Source: Salmonella phage vB_SenS-3. Taken from it: a stretch of 64,000 bases of DNA. The notes below the pieces were generated by a model. The model saw only the letters and a list, made by a program, of their open reading frames with translations. It had not been told where the DNA came from and made no database searches. This document shows, piece after piece, positions 54,612-64,000 of this stretch (within the stretch, counting starts at the first letter, position 1; every line of letters starts with the position of its first letter). Both the position numbers and the translations under genes were made by a program. The stretch is taken from sequence record OR896822.1; one strand, given 5' to 3'.

Positions 54612-54941
54612 CTTTGTGCATAACCTAAATGATAGTGGTTCTCACTTAGCCCGATAGTTTCTCATAGTTATTATTTCTCATTAATTTATGTGTATATTAT
54701 ATATTATGAAATAGTTAGTTGGCTAATAGATTTTTAGGGTATTAATAGTCTGCTAACTGTTTCGGCTGTTACAATCCACCAGCGTGATTATCGTCCTAGC
54801 GATTATTAGTCTGCTAATGCTCTGATGCACGTCCAGACTTATTTGTCAATGAAAAATAACAGCAGAAAATACTTTTTTGAAAAATCAAGTGGATAACTCA
54901 TTAAATTTCATTTTTGCTTTTTGTATAAGTTATTAACAGGG

Positions 54942-54971
54942 TCTAAAACGCTCTGTAACGCATTCTAAGCG
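54942..54971 (+). repeat. 30-bp direct repeat copy B (TCTAAAACGCTCTGTAACGCATTCTAAGCG)
   Basis: 29/30 identical to 50793-50822. Confidence 0.8.
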
Positions 54972-55316
54972 CCTCAAAGGAAAAGATAGGCAATCATAAG
55001 GGGTACACCGAGAAAACCTCACCACGAGGATTTTAGATTTTGTCAAGTACCCTAGAGCAGATATAAATGAAAAAATTACTTGCTAAAATGGTTGTTTTGG
55101 TGTTATTCGCGCGCCCGTTTCATTAAATTTAATGCGCCGCTGGACGTTTGCGAGTAGTGGTTTTCTTTACGTTTCTTTACAAAAATACGCTTGCGCCCTT
55201 CTCGGTATTCTCCTATTATTTATCACGTAGGGCGGCAATGACGAACTACACGGCGGGGATAACAGCGATTGACAGTCTGTTTGACCTTTCAAAACCCTGC
55301 CATGCTCTTTAAAAAT

Positions 55317-55342
55317 TAGGGAACATCTTAAAGCCTATCGGC
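55317..55342. repeat. 26-bp inverted repeat, left arm
   Basis: TAGGGAACATCTTAAAGCCTATCGGC; partner at 55593-55618 (25/26 complementary). Confidence 0.75.
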
Positions 55343-55374
55343 GGTAAACTTAGATATTATAAGGAATCGACGAT

Positions 55375-55584
55375 ATGAAACAAACGCTTTTGATCACTGG
55401 CAAGCCTATCAAGTCGCTTGATAGCAGAACAAAAAATTTGTTGACAGTAGCGCAACGATCTGTAAAATACAGATTCAAGCAATACAAGAAAGGCAAGCAA
55501 CAAGGGCTGGAAATGGTGTGGCGTAATATAATGATTGATTTATATAACTCCCATCAAATCGAAAAAAGTTTAAAAAACGATTGA
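55375..55584 (+). CDS. hypothetical small basic protein enclosed by 26-bp inverted repeats
   Basis: 69-aa ORF, GGAATCGACGAT then ATG; flanked by IR arms. Confidence 0.3.
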   Translation: MKQTLLITGKPIKSLDSRTKNLLTVAQRSVKYRFKQYKKGKQQGLEMVWRNIMIDLYNSHQIEKSLKND

Positions 55585-55592
55585 CACGCTAG

Positions 55593-55618
55593 CCGATAGG
55601 TTTTAAGATGTTCCCTAG
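55593..55618. repeat. 26-bp inverted repeat, right arm
   Basis: GCCGATAGGTTTTAAGATGTTCCCTA. Confidence 0.75.
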
Positions 55619-55815
55619 TTTTTAAATAGTGATAACTTGATAAAATTTGACGGTCGGCACTTACCATAATGTGCCTCGCCCCCTAACTGGGATATAGCGG
55701 CCCGCGCGGAGTTCTTTAAATTTATTATATTGGCGAGCGGATTATAATCTAATAGCGTTTCAAAGTATCGAGGCGCTATTGTGGAATAATCCCACAATAA
55801 ACCGGAGTATTAAAA

Positions 55816-56067
55816 ATGCAAAACGTTATCACCGCACCGAAAGTAGGTCAATCCGTTTTTATTCCTTTCGTTACTAAAACGGATGAATTAACTGGAAAAG
55901 CTGAACGTATTAAAGGTGCGGCGCTTGATCCCTTTGATAAAATTGAAGCGGTATACGCGGAAACGGAACGCAGTAACAACGGCAAGCCAATTTATAACGT
56001 TCGCGTTAAATCTGGCGACGTTGTAAAAATCATTCAGAAAGATGATAAATGGCAAGCTATTAGCTAA
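55816..56067 (+). CDS. hypothetical protein
   Basis: 83-aa ORF with GGAG RBS. Confidence 0.4.
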   Translation: MQNVITAPKVGQSVFIPFVTKTDELTGKAERIKGAALDPFDKIEAVYAETERSNNGKPIYNVRVKSGDVVKIIQKDDKWQAIS

Positions 56068-56166
56068 TTAGTGTTACTTTTATATTCCCCTGAAATATGG
56101 GGAATATATGGATTAACATTAGTTAATCATAATCCCTTAATTAATAATTGAATGGAGTATTAAATT

Positions 56167-56583
56167 ATGTCTAACGTTAAAACCGAAAAAACCGCAAAAT
56201 TCGCTTGGAACGAAGAAAACACTGAAAAAGCTGTTTCTATGTATTCTGAAATGGTCGCTAAAAGCGGAATTGAATTTGCTAACAGTGACGGCCTGAAAGA
56301 AATTGCCGCCGCCGTTGGTGCTGCTAGTCCGGTGTCTGTACGTTCTAAACTGACAAGCGCAAAAGCCTATCAGAAAAGCGATAAACCTCGCAAAGTTGGC
56401 GGCGGTAGCTCAATTCGTAAAGCTCACTATGTGCGTGTTATTGCAAAACATGCCATCGACGCTGGCGTTATTAAAGACGCTGATGACTTGGCAAGCCTTG
56501 AAAGTGCTAAACTGGAAACACTGGACGCCGTAGCGCAATTATTAGGCGTAGCGGAGGAAGTAAAACAGGCCGCAGGTGAATAA
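56167..56583 (+). CDS. hypothetical protein
   Basis: 138-aa ORF, Ala-rich; hairpin AGCGGGG AATATT CCCCGCT follows. Confidence 0.45.
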   Translation: MSNVKTEKTAKFAWNEENTEKAVSMYSEMVAKSGIEFANSDGLKEIAAAVGAASPVSVRSKLTSAKAYQKSDKPRKVGGGSSIRKAHYVRVIAKHAIDAGVIKDADDLASLESAKLETLDAVAQLLGVAEEVKQAAGE

Positions 56584-56633
56584 ATTTTAATTAGCGGGGA
56601 ATATTCCCCGCTAACCCTTAAAGGAGAATAATC

Positions 56634-56861
56634 TTGATCTTTTATCCTAGCGAAGCGTTTATTTTAGGTTTATTTATTATTGCCGCTATATTTATATTTA
56701 ATTACGGCAAATATATAATTTCTATTATCGGCATTAATTCAGCTTATGCCGCTGATATGTTTAAACGTCAAGCTAATAAACAAAAATATCTGGCGATTAT
56801 ATTTTTAACGCTGGCTATTAGTTGCGGTTTTAGTTCTAGTCTTATGCCAATTCTAGAATAA
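56634..56861 (+). CDS. hypothetical membrane protein
   Basis: TTG start after AGGAG RBS; two TM helices. Confidence 0.3.
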   Translation: MIFYPSEAFILGLFIIAAIFIFNYGKYIISIIGINSAYAADMFKRQANKQKYLAIIFLTLAISCGFSSSLMPILE

Positions 56862-56969
56862 TATTGCAAATTATAACGCCTTTTAAATTGTCCTCACTTC
56901 AGGCAAGGCGTTATATTTGGCAATATTGCCAGTATTAATATTTATCCCTTTATAGGAGTTGATTTAGTT

Positions 56970-58634
56970 ATGAATATTTCCGCAGAAAAACAAGCTCAAA
57001 TTTTGAAAATGGCCGCTGATTTCAATTTCTACGGTAAGCGTTTACGCGCTACTAAGCTGGAAGTTTGCGACGATATTTCAAAAGCTGTTTATGATACGCC
57101 GAAACATTCAACCGCAATTTGTGACTGGCTGGAAGCAAACAAGCCAGCGAAACCGAAAGCGGCAAAAGCTGAAAAGGCGATTAAAAATGATGATCGCCCC
57201 GAGGCGGCGGGAATTGTTTCTAGCACCGTTGAGCAATGGGAAGTTAAATCCGGTCGCCGTTTTATTCTAACGTCGATTCAGAATAATACTTTCCCGCATA
57301 AAAACTTTTTAGCAAGTCTGGAAAAATTCGCTGAATATTGCGGCGCTGAATTACTTGTTAGCAAATTCATTTACAACAAAAACGGATTTCAGAACGGGGA
57401 AGGGGCAAACGGTATTAAATACGATCCCGCATTTGATAAATATGTTTGTGATAAAAACGTATTTTTAAATAACCGCCGCTTTGCCTTCATGGCTGAAATT
57501 AACGTTTTACCAACGGCAGATTATCCGCTTTCAGGATTCGCAGAAACCGCCACGGCTTTAAATATCGAAGGTCTGGCAATTGGTCACGCAAAAATTACCG
57601 CTGAAAGTGTTCCCGCGCTTAAAGGTGAAGTAGTGCGCCGTATGTATTCAACCGGAACGGCTACGCTTAAAAACTACATTCAGCAGAAAGCAGGACAAAA
57701 GGCCGAGGCTTTACATAACTACGGCGCTTTGCTGGTAGAATTTGACGACGGCGGAGAATTTTTCGTGCGCCAGCTTGAAACAATGGACGAAAGCGGAATG
57801 TTCTATGATCTGAATATTTGCGCCACTCCTAGCGGTTGCAAAGAAATTACCGGACACATTTTAGGCTTACAATATGGCGATATTCACGCCGAAAAATTAG
57901 ATGATGAATGCGCCGTCGCTTCATGGGCTAGTGAAAATTCATTGCTTGATATTCTTAAACCGAAATATCAGTTTATTCATGATGTGCATGATTTTACATC
58001 GCGTAACCATCACAACCGCGCTAGTGGTGTATTCCTTGCTAAACAGTACGCCGCAGGACGTGATAAAGTTATTGATGATCTCATTGATACCGGTCGCGTG
58101 TTGGAATCTATGGAACGTGAATTTAGTCAAACAATCATTGTGGAATCCAACCATGATTTAGCTCTTTCACGCTGGCTTGATGATCGTAACGCAAACATTA
58201 AGGACGATCCCGCAAACGCCGAGCTATATCACAGCCTAAACGCTGCGATTTACGCCGCAATTGCAAAACAAGATGATACCTTTAACGTATTGGATTACGC
58301 GCTTAGAAACGTTGCAGGTTGCGAATTTAACGCTATTTTCCTGACTACTGACCAGTCATTTAAAATCGCTGGCATTGAATGTGGCGTACATGGTCACAAC
58401 GGCATTAATGGCAGTCGGGGCAATCCTAAACAGTTTAAAAAGTTGGGACGCCTTAACACTGGTCACACTCACACGGCTAGCATATACGGCGGCGTTTATA
58501 CCGCTGGCGTGGCGGGGTCGCTTGATATGGGCTATAACGTGGGCGCGTCAAGCTGGACGCAAACGCATTTAATTACCTATGCAAACGGGCAACGTACTTT
58601 GATTGATTTCAAAAACGGTAAATTCTTTGCATAA
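56970..58634 (+). CDS. A1: pre-early A1-like protein (metallophosphoesterase domain)
   Basis: 554 aa; GDIHAE, HDVHD, GHNG, GHTH metallophosphatase motifs in C-terminal half; size matches T5 A1 as recalled. Confidence 0.65.
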   Translation: MNISAEKQAQILKMAADFNFYGKRLRATKLEVCDDISKAVYDTPKHSTAICDWLEANKPAKPKAAKAEKAIKNDDRPEAAGIVSSTVEQWEVKSGRRFILTSIQNNTFPHKNFLASLEKFAEYCGAELLVSKFIYNKNGFQNGEGANGIKYDPAFDKYVCDKNVFLNNRRFAFMAEINVLPTADYPLSGFAETATALNIEGLAIGHAKITAESVPALKGEVVRRMYSTGTATLKNYIQQKAGQKAEALHNYGALLVEFDDGGEFFVRQLETMDESGMFYDLNICATPSGCKEITGHILGLQYGDIHAEKLDDECAVASWASENSLLDILKPKYQFIHDVHDFTSRNHHNRASGVFLAKQYAAGRDKVIDDLIDTGRVLESMEREFSQTIIVESNHDLALSRWLDDRNANIKDDPANAELYHSLNAAIYAAIAKQDDTFNVLDYALRNVAGCEFNAIFLTTDQSFKIAGIECGVHGHNGINGSRGNPKQFKKLGRLNTGHTHTASIYGGVYTAGVAGSLDMGYNVGASSWTQTHLITYANGQRTLIDFKNGKFFA

Positions 58635-58686
58635 TTAAATTTAATCGGCGGTTGAAATATACCGCCATTAATAAAAGGTTTATTAA

Positions 58687-58965
58687 ATGGCTAGTAAAAT
58701 TAATATATCTATCCCTGATAGCAATTGTTTAGAAGATATTGCATGGTCTGAAATGTCTTTTGATAGTTGCGTTTATTTAGTTACCCGTGGAATGTACGCG
58801 GGAATGTACGCCGTATGGGATAGTAATATTGGCGAAAATATGATCTTTTTCGGAAAAGATTCTATTCAGGTAATGACAGGCGATTACCTTAATCAAGAAA
58901 GGAAAGACGGCGACGAAACATATTTTCGTAAAACTGATTTATCTTTAAATGTATTTTTTCAATAA
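58687..58965 (+). CDS. hypothetical protein
   Basis: 92-aa ORF. Confidence 0.4.
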   Translation: MASKINISIPDSNCLEDIAWSEMSFDSCVYLVTRGMYAGMYAVWDSNIGENMIFFGKDSIQVMTGDYLNQERKDGDETYFRKTDLSLNVFFQ

Positions 58966-58997
58966 ATCCCGTAATTAAATAATCTGGAGTCATAAAC

Positions 58998-59390
58998 ATG
59001 AAAAACCAAAACATTCCTTTTGATCGTGCTACTTCTTCCATCGTTCTAGTTTATTCTAATGGCGAACGTTATCACGTCGAAGCGGGGCAAGTTAATTTCG
59101 ATTTGCTGAATTATAACGACGCTTTGCAGGTTACTACCTTTGCTTATGATACCGGCAAAGTGGCAAGCCATACGAAAGCAAAAGGCGTTTACGCTGATAC
59201 TTTGACAGTGCAAACAATCATTATTGATGCGCTTAAATCCGGTCTAGCGTTTGCGGTTGTTAAGCCGTGTCCGGTCTGCAATCCCGAAGCTAGCGCAATG
59301 GTTTATACTTGCGCGGGTATCCGTTCTAGCGTACATGGTGAAGATCTTTCCTTTATCGGTGACGCGCTAGCGTATGGCCTCACTAACTAA
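58998..59390 (+). CDS. hypothetical protein (possible A2-like pre-early protein)
   Basis: 130 aa adjacent to A1-like gene; assignment by position and size only. Confidence 0.35.
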   Translation: MKNQNIPFDRATSSIVLVYSNGERYHVEAGQVNFDLLNYNDALQVTTFAYDTGKVASHTKAKGVYADTLTVQTIIIDALKSGLAFAVVKPCPVCNPEASAMVYTCAGIRSSVHGEDLSFIGDALAYGLTN

Positions 59391-59477
59391 TAGTTAATTG
59401 AACATTGCCAGCTAATCTAATATAATTAGCTGGCAAGATTGAATTAACCTAAATCCCTTAAATGGAGAATGTAACAA

Positions 59478-60212
59478 ATGAATCAAGTCAACATGAATAT
59501 TACCCGCACTTTCTCGCATATTTCCCGCGTTATGATTTGGGATTTAGACGGGACAATCATTAATTCATTCCATCGTGTAGCGCCTTGCTTTGATGATAAC
59601 GGGAATTTAGATTTAAATAAGTATTCCCGCGAAGCCTGCAAACATGAATTAATTATGCAGGATTCCTTATTACCATTGGTTGAATATATGCGCCAATGTA
59701 TGAATGATCCCAATACCTTAAACCTTATTTGTACCGCTCGCTTAATGGGTAAATCTGATTATTATTTCTTGCGTAAACAAAGTCTAAGAGGACGCGGAAA
59801 TAGTAATATTCGCGTATTTTCCCGCGATACTTTGCATAAATACTTTGAAGCGGATAAGGTTAGCGAAATATACCACAGCAAAGATGCTGTATATAAATCT
59901 TATTACTTTGAACTGTTTAAACAGCTATATCCTAACGCTGATTTTACGATGATTGATGATCATAAAGGTGTATTATCGGCGGCGGCAAGTGCTGGATTTA
60001 AAACGCTGGACGCTCAAGCCGTTAATGATATCCTATCAATCGGCGTAACATTGATCGGTGAAACCTTTATTGATGAATCACTTGATGATGATAACGATTA
60101 TCAATTCCTAGCCGAACGTTTAAAAATGTGTTGGGAAGGTATGACCGAGGAAGAACGAGCGGAATATAGTACCACACCGCAACAATTCATTGATAAATTA
60201 AAAGTCGCGTAA
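59478..60212 (+). CDS. dmp: 5'-deoxyribonucleotidase (HAD-like), dmp-like
   Basis: 244 aa; N-terminal WDLDGT HAD motif I; size matches T5 dmp as recalled. Confidence 0.65.
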   Translation: MNQVNMNITRTFSHISRVMIWDLDGTIINSFHRVAPCFDDNGNLDLNKYSREACKHELIMQDSLLPLVEYMRQCMNDPNTLNLICTARLMGKSDYYFLRKQSLRGRGNSNIRVFSRDTLHKYFEADKVSEIYHSKDAVYKSYYFELFKQLYPNADFTMIDDHKGVLSAAASAGFKTLDAQAVNDILSIGVTLIGETFIDESLDDDNDYQFLAERLKMCWEGMTEEERAEYSTTPQQFIDKLKVA

Positions 60213-60375
60213 TAATTAAAAATAAAATAGTCACACTGTGTTATCATCACATAGTGTGACTATTAGCTTGCTAAGTACCGGGGCGGTAATGAGACTCATT
60301 CTCATCTAGGGAACCTCTGGGCACACCTTCATGTGTAATCTTATGAAATTTCGAGAATTGGTAATTAGCGCTAAC

Positions 60376-60621
60376 TTAGGAAGAACACCGGTCTACTGGC
60401 TTGTCTCCTGATTCTGACATACGAAATCTCCTCCGCGACGCCCGAGATCCATCAGACCATTCTCGCTCAAACTCCGCACGTTTCTCCGCAAACCTCCGCT
60501 CTCTTTCCGAAAGCTCCCGCGATACTCCCGCAATATATTCACGATGCTTATTAATCGCCCCGAGTGTTCCGAAGATTCCCGCAAGTACCCCGATAATGAA
60601 GATAGCTACAAAGCTAAACAT
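60376..60621 (-). CDS. hypothetical membrane protein
   Basis: 81 aa, N-terminal TM, Arg/Glu-rich tail. Confidence 0.35.
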   Translation of the reverse strand: MFSFVAIFIIGVLAGIFGTLGAINKHREYIAGVSRELSERERRFAEKRAEFEREWSDGSRASRRRFRMSESGDKPVDRCSS

Positions 60622-60808
60622 CTAATTCCCTCTCAAGTTGGTGAATACGTGCCCGATCATTACGTTGGGAGTCCAGTAACTTATCCATATTAATGTTTAG
60701 TTGGGTGACTTTATCCTCTAGCCGCTGTATACGATTACGATGTGACGTCATATATCCAACAATCCAGACAAGCCATACTACAAGTGTAATAAGTCCTAGC
60801 CAATCCAT
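60614..60808 (-). CDS. hypothetical membrane protein
   Basis: 64 aa, N-terminal TM then coiled coil. Confidence 0.35.
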   Translation of the reverse strand: MDWLGLITLVVWLVWIVGYMTSHRNRIQRLEDKVTQLNINMDKLLDSQRNDRARIHQLERELDV

Positions 60809-61376
60809 TATTTATCTCCCCGCAGCTTACGTTCGATATGAGCTAAGTGGTTATCTAAAATGCACTGCCCGATAATTACCACAACTAGTAAAGCAATAAT
60901 TACTACTTCCATTATAACCACCCCGCCATAGCTGCTAACCAAAAGAGTACAAAGATAAAGAATAACACAGTCCCGAATCCGAAACTATTTATCCAACTTT
61001 CGTACACTTCCCCGCGTCTGTTCTTTCTTCTGTTGTCGCCTGACATCTCTTTGCTTCTCCTGTAAGTCCGGTATTTGGAATACCCTAGCAAATTGCACGA
61101 ACCATTATGACTGTCCCGATAAGATCCATTACTTCGTCGAAGCCGGATTCTTCTAGTAAGAAGGATGTTCCCATCACGTCTTCTATTGTATCTTCTATGA
61201 CGTCTTGAATGATTTCATCAATTGCATCATGTATTGCTTTTTAGTCCTGGGATCTATTTCAAAGTTAACAGGTTCCTGAAAGGACTTTTCTTCATCTTGC
61301 ATTGTGTTTGCTACCTGTACCTCATCCCAGAAATAAAAATTTTTGTTTACTTCGAGATCTTTTTACTTTATACTAA

Positions 61377-61643
61377 TTACAAGTGACCAGATTGTTCTAG
61401 TTTAAATTTGCAATCGCCATATTTGAGATCAAACTGTGACAGATCCCACCACCCAAACTTAGTGCGTAACTGAGTTTTAGGGAATCGATAGCCCACAGTA
61501 CGTGCTTCTCGAATATCTAAAGCATAGTGTTCTTCACCAACATGACCATAAGACTTCACGTATGCCTTACAGAACGGCTTAGGAGCTGGTACACAACCAG
61601 TCAACACTACTGCTGCAACTACGATAGCTAGTAACTTTTTCAT
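61377..61643 (-). CDS. lipoprotein, candidate lytic-conversion / receptor-blocking protein (Llp-like)
   Basis: Signal peptide with lipobox LTGC; divergent from and adjacent to the receptor-binding-like gene. Confidence 0.45.
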   Translation of the reverse strand: MKKLLAIVVAAVVLTGCVPAPKPFCKAYVKSYGHVGEEHYALDIREARTVGYRFPKTQLRTKFGWWDLSQFDLKYGDCKFKLEQSGHL

Positions 61644-61726
61644 AATCGTTCCTCTGTTTAATTTATAAATATATTATAGCAAAATAGAGGGATCTAAGCA
61701 AATACATTTTTAAAGAAGGAGATTGT

Positions 61727-63508
61727 ATGAGTTTTTTCGCAGGAAAATTTAGTGATGGTAAAACTGTATTATCTCTAAACGCTGCTAATGGTGGTGATGT
61801 AAATCAGCACTACTCTCCAAATACTAATAGTATCTTCCACTCAGATATGCCATTTGTCCTAGTTGATGGGACTTACGAGGCTGCTCTAGGTGATGCAGGT
61901 AATGGGTATTTTGTTACTCAGATGCCTTGGGATATTATAAACATTAAATCCAATGATCCTGGTAGAGTTATATTAACTGCTATTGAGATAAATGGTACTC
62001 ATAGGGGTTTCCTTAATGGTACACAATCTCAGGTTGGCCAGTTCTTATCATTCTTTGAAGACCAACCACGTGCTGGTGCTGAATTATCTGTAACATCTGC
62101 TTTTGCGATCGGTGATAGTTTAGCTCATGGTACCTATATCTATAATGGTGGTCTTGGCCATGAGGAATCTATTGCTCGGCAAGGTTCTGGAGGCAGTTTA
62201 CTACAGTCCTCTGGTTTCCAGATCTTTAGACCTGGTGGTGTTTCTGCTGGTGAAGCCATTGCCAGAGCCTGGAGTCTTATGGGTTTTCCAACTGGTGTCT
62301 CTACTGTTCCTTTAGATGGTGGTAACGCAGATTATTGGGAACCTAACTGGCAGGCGCCTGTTGGTTCTGCGGGTAGAGGCCATGATTGGTTTTATGTTTG
62401 TAGTTCTAATATTCGTGGCTTCGCAGGTAAAAAAGGCGTACTACCAGATAACGTAAACGTTCTTTACCAATCTCCTGCATATCCAGAAAAAATATATGTT
62501 TGTAGAGGTTCTACTTCTAATATGGCTGCTCAGTCCGCTAGAAAGGTATATGTACAGGACTGGTATAATGTTACGCCAACTAAGGTTATTTGGTATGTGC
62601 TAAATCTGCGCTATTCTAATGGTAGTATGGGAGTTTCTGGTAATCCATTTACCGGTTCAGATATCCTAATATCTCCATCTAACTTTACTATTAAAGGGGT
62701 TAGTTTACCAAATACAGGATATAAATTCATTAACCAGAATGCCTTTGGAAACTTAGGCTATCGCCCTGATATGGAGTATGTTGGTAATAATGCTGCGTAT
62801 ACCGGAGTTTTTGGTGATAATACTGCACGATGTGAATTTATCGGCTCTAGTAATGGTGGGTTGTGGTCGCCCGTTAACTACGGGGGTGCAGCTTCTCAAA
62901 TTAGCTTATATAAATTTGGTGTAGGTAAACAATGGTATGTAGATACTAATACCAACTCCATTGGTAATGAACATGGACCTGTGTGGAGTCCTAGTACTGT
63001 ACCACTCAGGTTATTCCCAGGCAACGTTGCAAGTACTTATGTAGGGGACGATATAACTCCATCCTACCCTGGTGCTGGTGACTTCTACACACCTTTGGCC
63101 ACAGTTTGGTTGGGATTACCGAATGCTCACTCTACTGTTATATTAACTACTGAAGTTATTATGGGTAATCTTAATACTGCTGGAATGCCTGTGCGTACTT
63201 ACGGCGGTAGCGCTTGGCAGGTACAAGGTAGACGTCAACAAAGTTATACAGCTGGTGATGGTGTATTCCATCAGATTCTTACTCTGCCACCTGGATATCT
63301 AGTACCTTATCACAGTACAACTTCCTATAGTTATACACAAACTTGGGCTAGTAGGCCTGATGAGTTTGCTTTCCGTAGGAACGGATATATTTATACTATT
63401 AAAAACCTTGGTAATGGCAACGTTGAGTTGGGTGTTATCATTCACGCTGCAGAAGCGGCAGCTGTTTTCTTGCCAAGACTACGTGTAACAGTTCAACGCC
63501 TAACCTAA
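61727..63508 (+). CDS. tail receptor-binding protein candidate (pb5/Oad-like)
   Basis: 593 aa, Gly/Asn/Thr/Ser-rich, no enzymatic motifs; adjacent divergent lipoprotein as in T5 llp-oad arrangement. Confidence 0.45.
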   Translation: MSFFAGKFSDGKTVLSLNAANGGDVNQHYSPNTNSIFHSDMPFVLVDGTYEAALGDAGNGYFVTQMPWDIINIKSNDPGRVILTAIEINGTHRGFLNGTQSQVGQFLSFFEDQPRAGAELSVTSAFAIGDSLAHGTYIYNGGLGHEESIARQGSGGSLLQSSGFQIFRPGGVSAGEAIARAWSLMGFPTGVSTVPLDGGNADYWEPNWQAPVGSAGRGHDWFYVCSSNIRGFAGKKGVLPDNVNVLYQSPAYPEKIYVCRGSTSNMAAQSARKVYVQDWYNVTPTKVIWYVLNLRYSNGSMGVSGNPFTGSDILISPSNFTIKGVSLPNTGYKFINQNAFGNLGYRPDMEYVGNNAAYTGVFGDNTARCEFIGSSNGGLWSPVNYGGAASQISLYKFGVGKQWYVDTNTNSIGNEHGPVWSPSTVPLRLFPGNVASTYVGDDITPSYPGAGDFYTPLATVWLGLPNAHSTVILTTEVIMGNLNTAGMPVRTYGGSAWQVQGRRQQSYTAGDGVFHQILTLPPGYLVPYHSTTSYSYTQTWASRPDEFAFRRNGYIYTIKNLGNGNVELGVIIHAAEAAAVFLPRLRVTVQRLT

Positions 63509-63528
63509 AGGAGGATATATGGCAAATG

Positions 63529-64000
63529 ATGTATTAGTTCCCGATCTCATGTCTCCCGAAGGCATGGATGTTATTGAAGCCTATTTACAGTGTGGTAGTG
63601 ATATTCCTGCCGCTGCTCGTAGTCTTGGGATGTCCGAGATTGCATTCCGTGATATAATGAATCGTGGGGAAGTTAAAAACTATCTCAACGATATCTTTAT
63701 GGAAAGTGGCTTCCGTAATCGTGACCGCTTATTCGGAGTTCTTGATGAAGTTATCAAGCGCAAGTTGGAAGAACTCGAAGAAACTGGCATGGGTTCTGAC
63801 CAGGATATCATGGATATTCTCTGGAAGGCGCACAAGATGAAAATGGAAGAAATGAAAATGATGGTAGAACTGGAGAAAGTGAAGGCAGCAGCCCGTACTC
63901 CGGCTAACCAGACTAACATTCAGAATAATATTATTGCTGGAAGTGGTGACGAAAACTATATGAATCTTATTACCGCTCTAGCAGGAGGAGGTAAGAGATA
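63529..64000 (+). CDS. hypothetical protein, partial (runs off window end)
   Basis: ATG 63529 after AGGAGG RBS; no stop before window end; helix-turn-helix-like N-terminus. Confidence 0.4.

Noticed and set aside
55647-55670. TTGACG ... CATAAT promoter upstream of ORF 55816
   Set aside because: Spacer between the hexamers is only about 12 bp, which is incompatible with sigma70 spacing; not reported as a promoter.
63680-63919. 79-aa minus-strand ORF
   Set aside because: Antisense to the + strand ORF starting at 63529, which has a strong AGGAGG RBS.

Overview
The window reads as a T5-like (Tequintavirus-type) siphophage genome segment, AT-rich, with almost all genes on the + strand. Identification rests on motif recognition in the supplied ORF translations and hand-folding of tRNAs; no database search was run. 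From left to right: (1) an early-region nucleotide-metabolism block: Sir2-like protein, anaerobic RNR NrdD (minus strand), PhoH, NrdA/NrdB, DHFR, thymidylate synthase, RNase H, then a NadR-PnuC NAD salvage pair; (2) about 20 near-identical sigma70-type promoters (TTGCTA/TTGCTT -35, 17-bp spacer, TATAAT -10) each driving one or a few small ORFs; (3) a large tRNA cluster at 18.7-31.6 kb with roughly 30 hand-folded tRNAs, several degenerate tRNA-like elements and three HNH endonuclease genes (more HNH genes at 17.1 and 42.7 kb); (4) a GrcA-like glycyl-radical protein, dNMP kinase, ClpP-like protease, holin/endolysin, two metallophosphoesterases; (5) a 1.6-kb non-coding iteron/DnaA-box region (49.3-50.9 kb) and a second repeat region (54.3-55.4 kb) flanking a minus-strand block of small ORFs; (6) pre-early-type genes (A1-like metallophosphoesterase, dmp-like 5'-deoxyribonucleotidase) and then a lipoprotein plus a 593-aa tail receptor-binding-like protein. 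The order late gene / terminal-repeat genes / repeat region / early genes suggests a collapsed terminal repeat read in reverse orientation relative to the usual T5 map. Most striking are the repeat architecture at 49.3-55.4 kb, the GC-rich structured non-coding region at 17.6-18.2 kb, the degenerate tRNA-like elements, and the NAD-related gene set.
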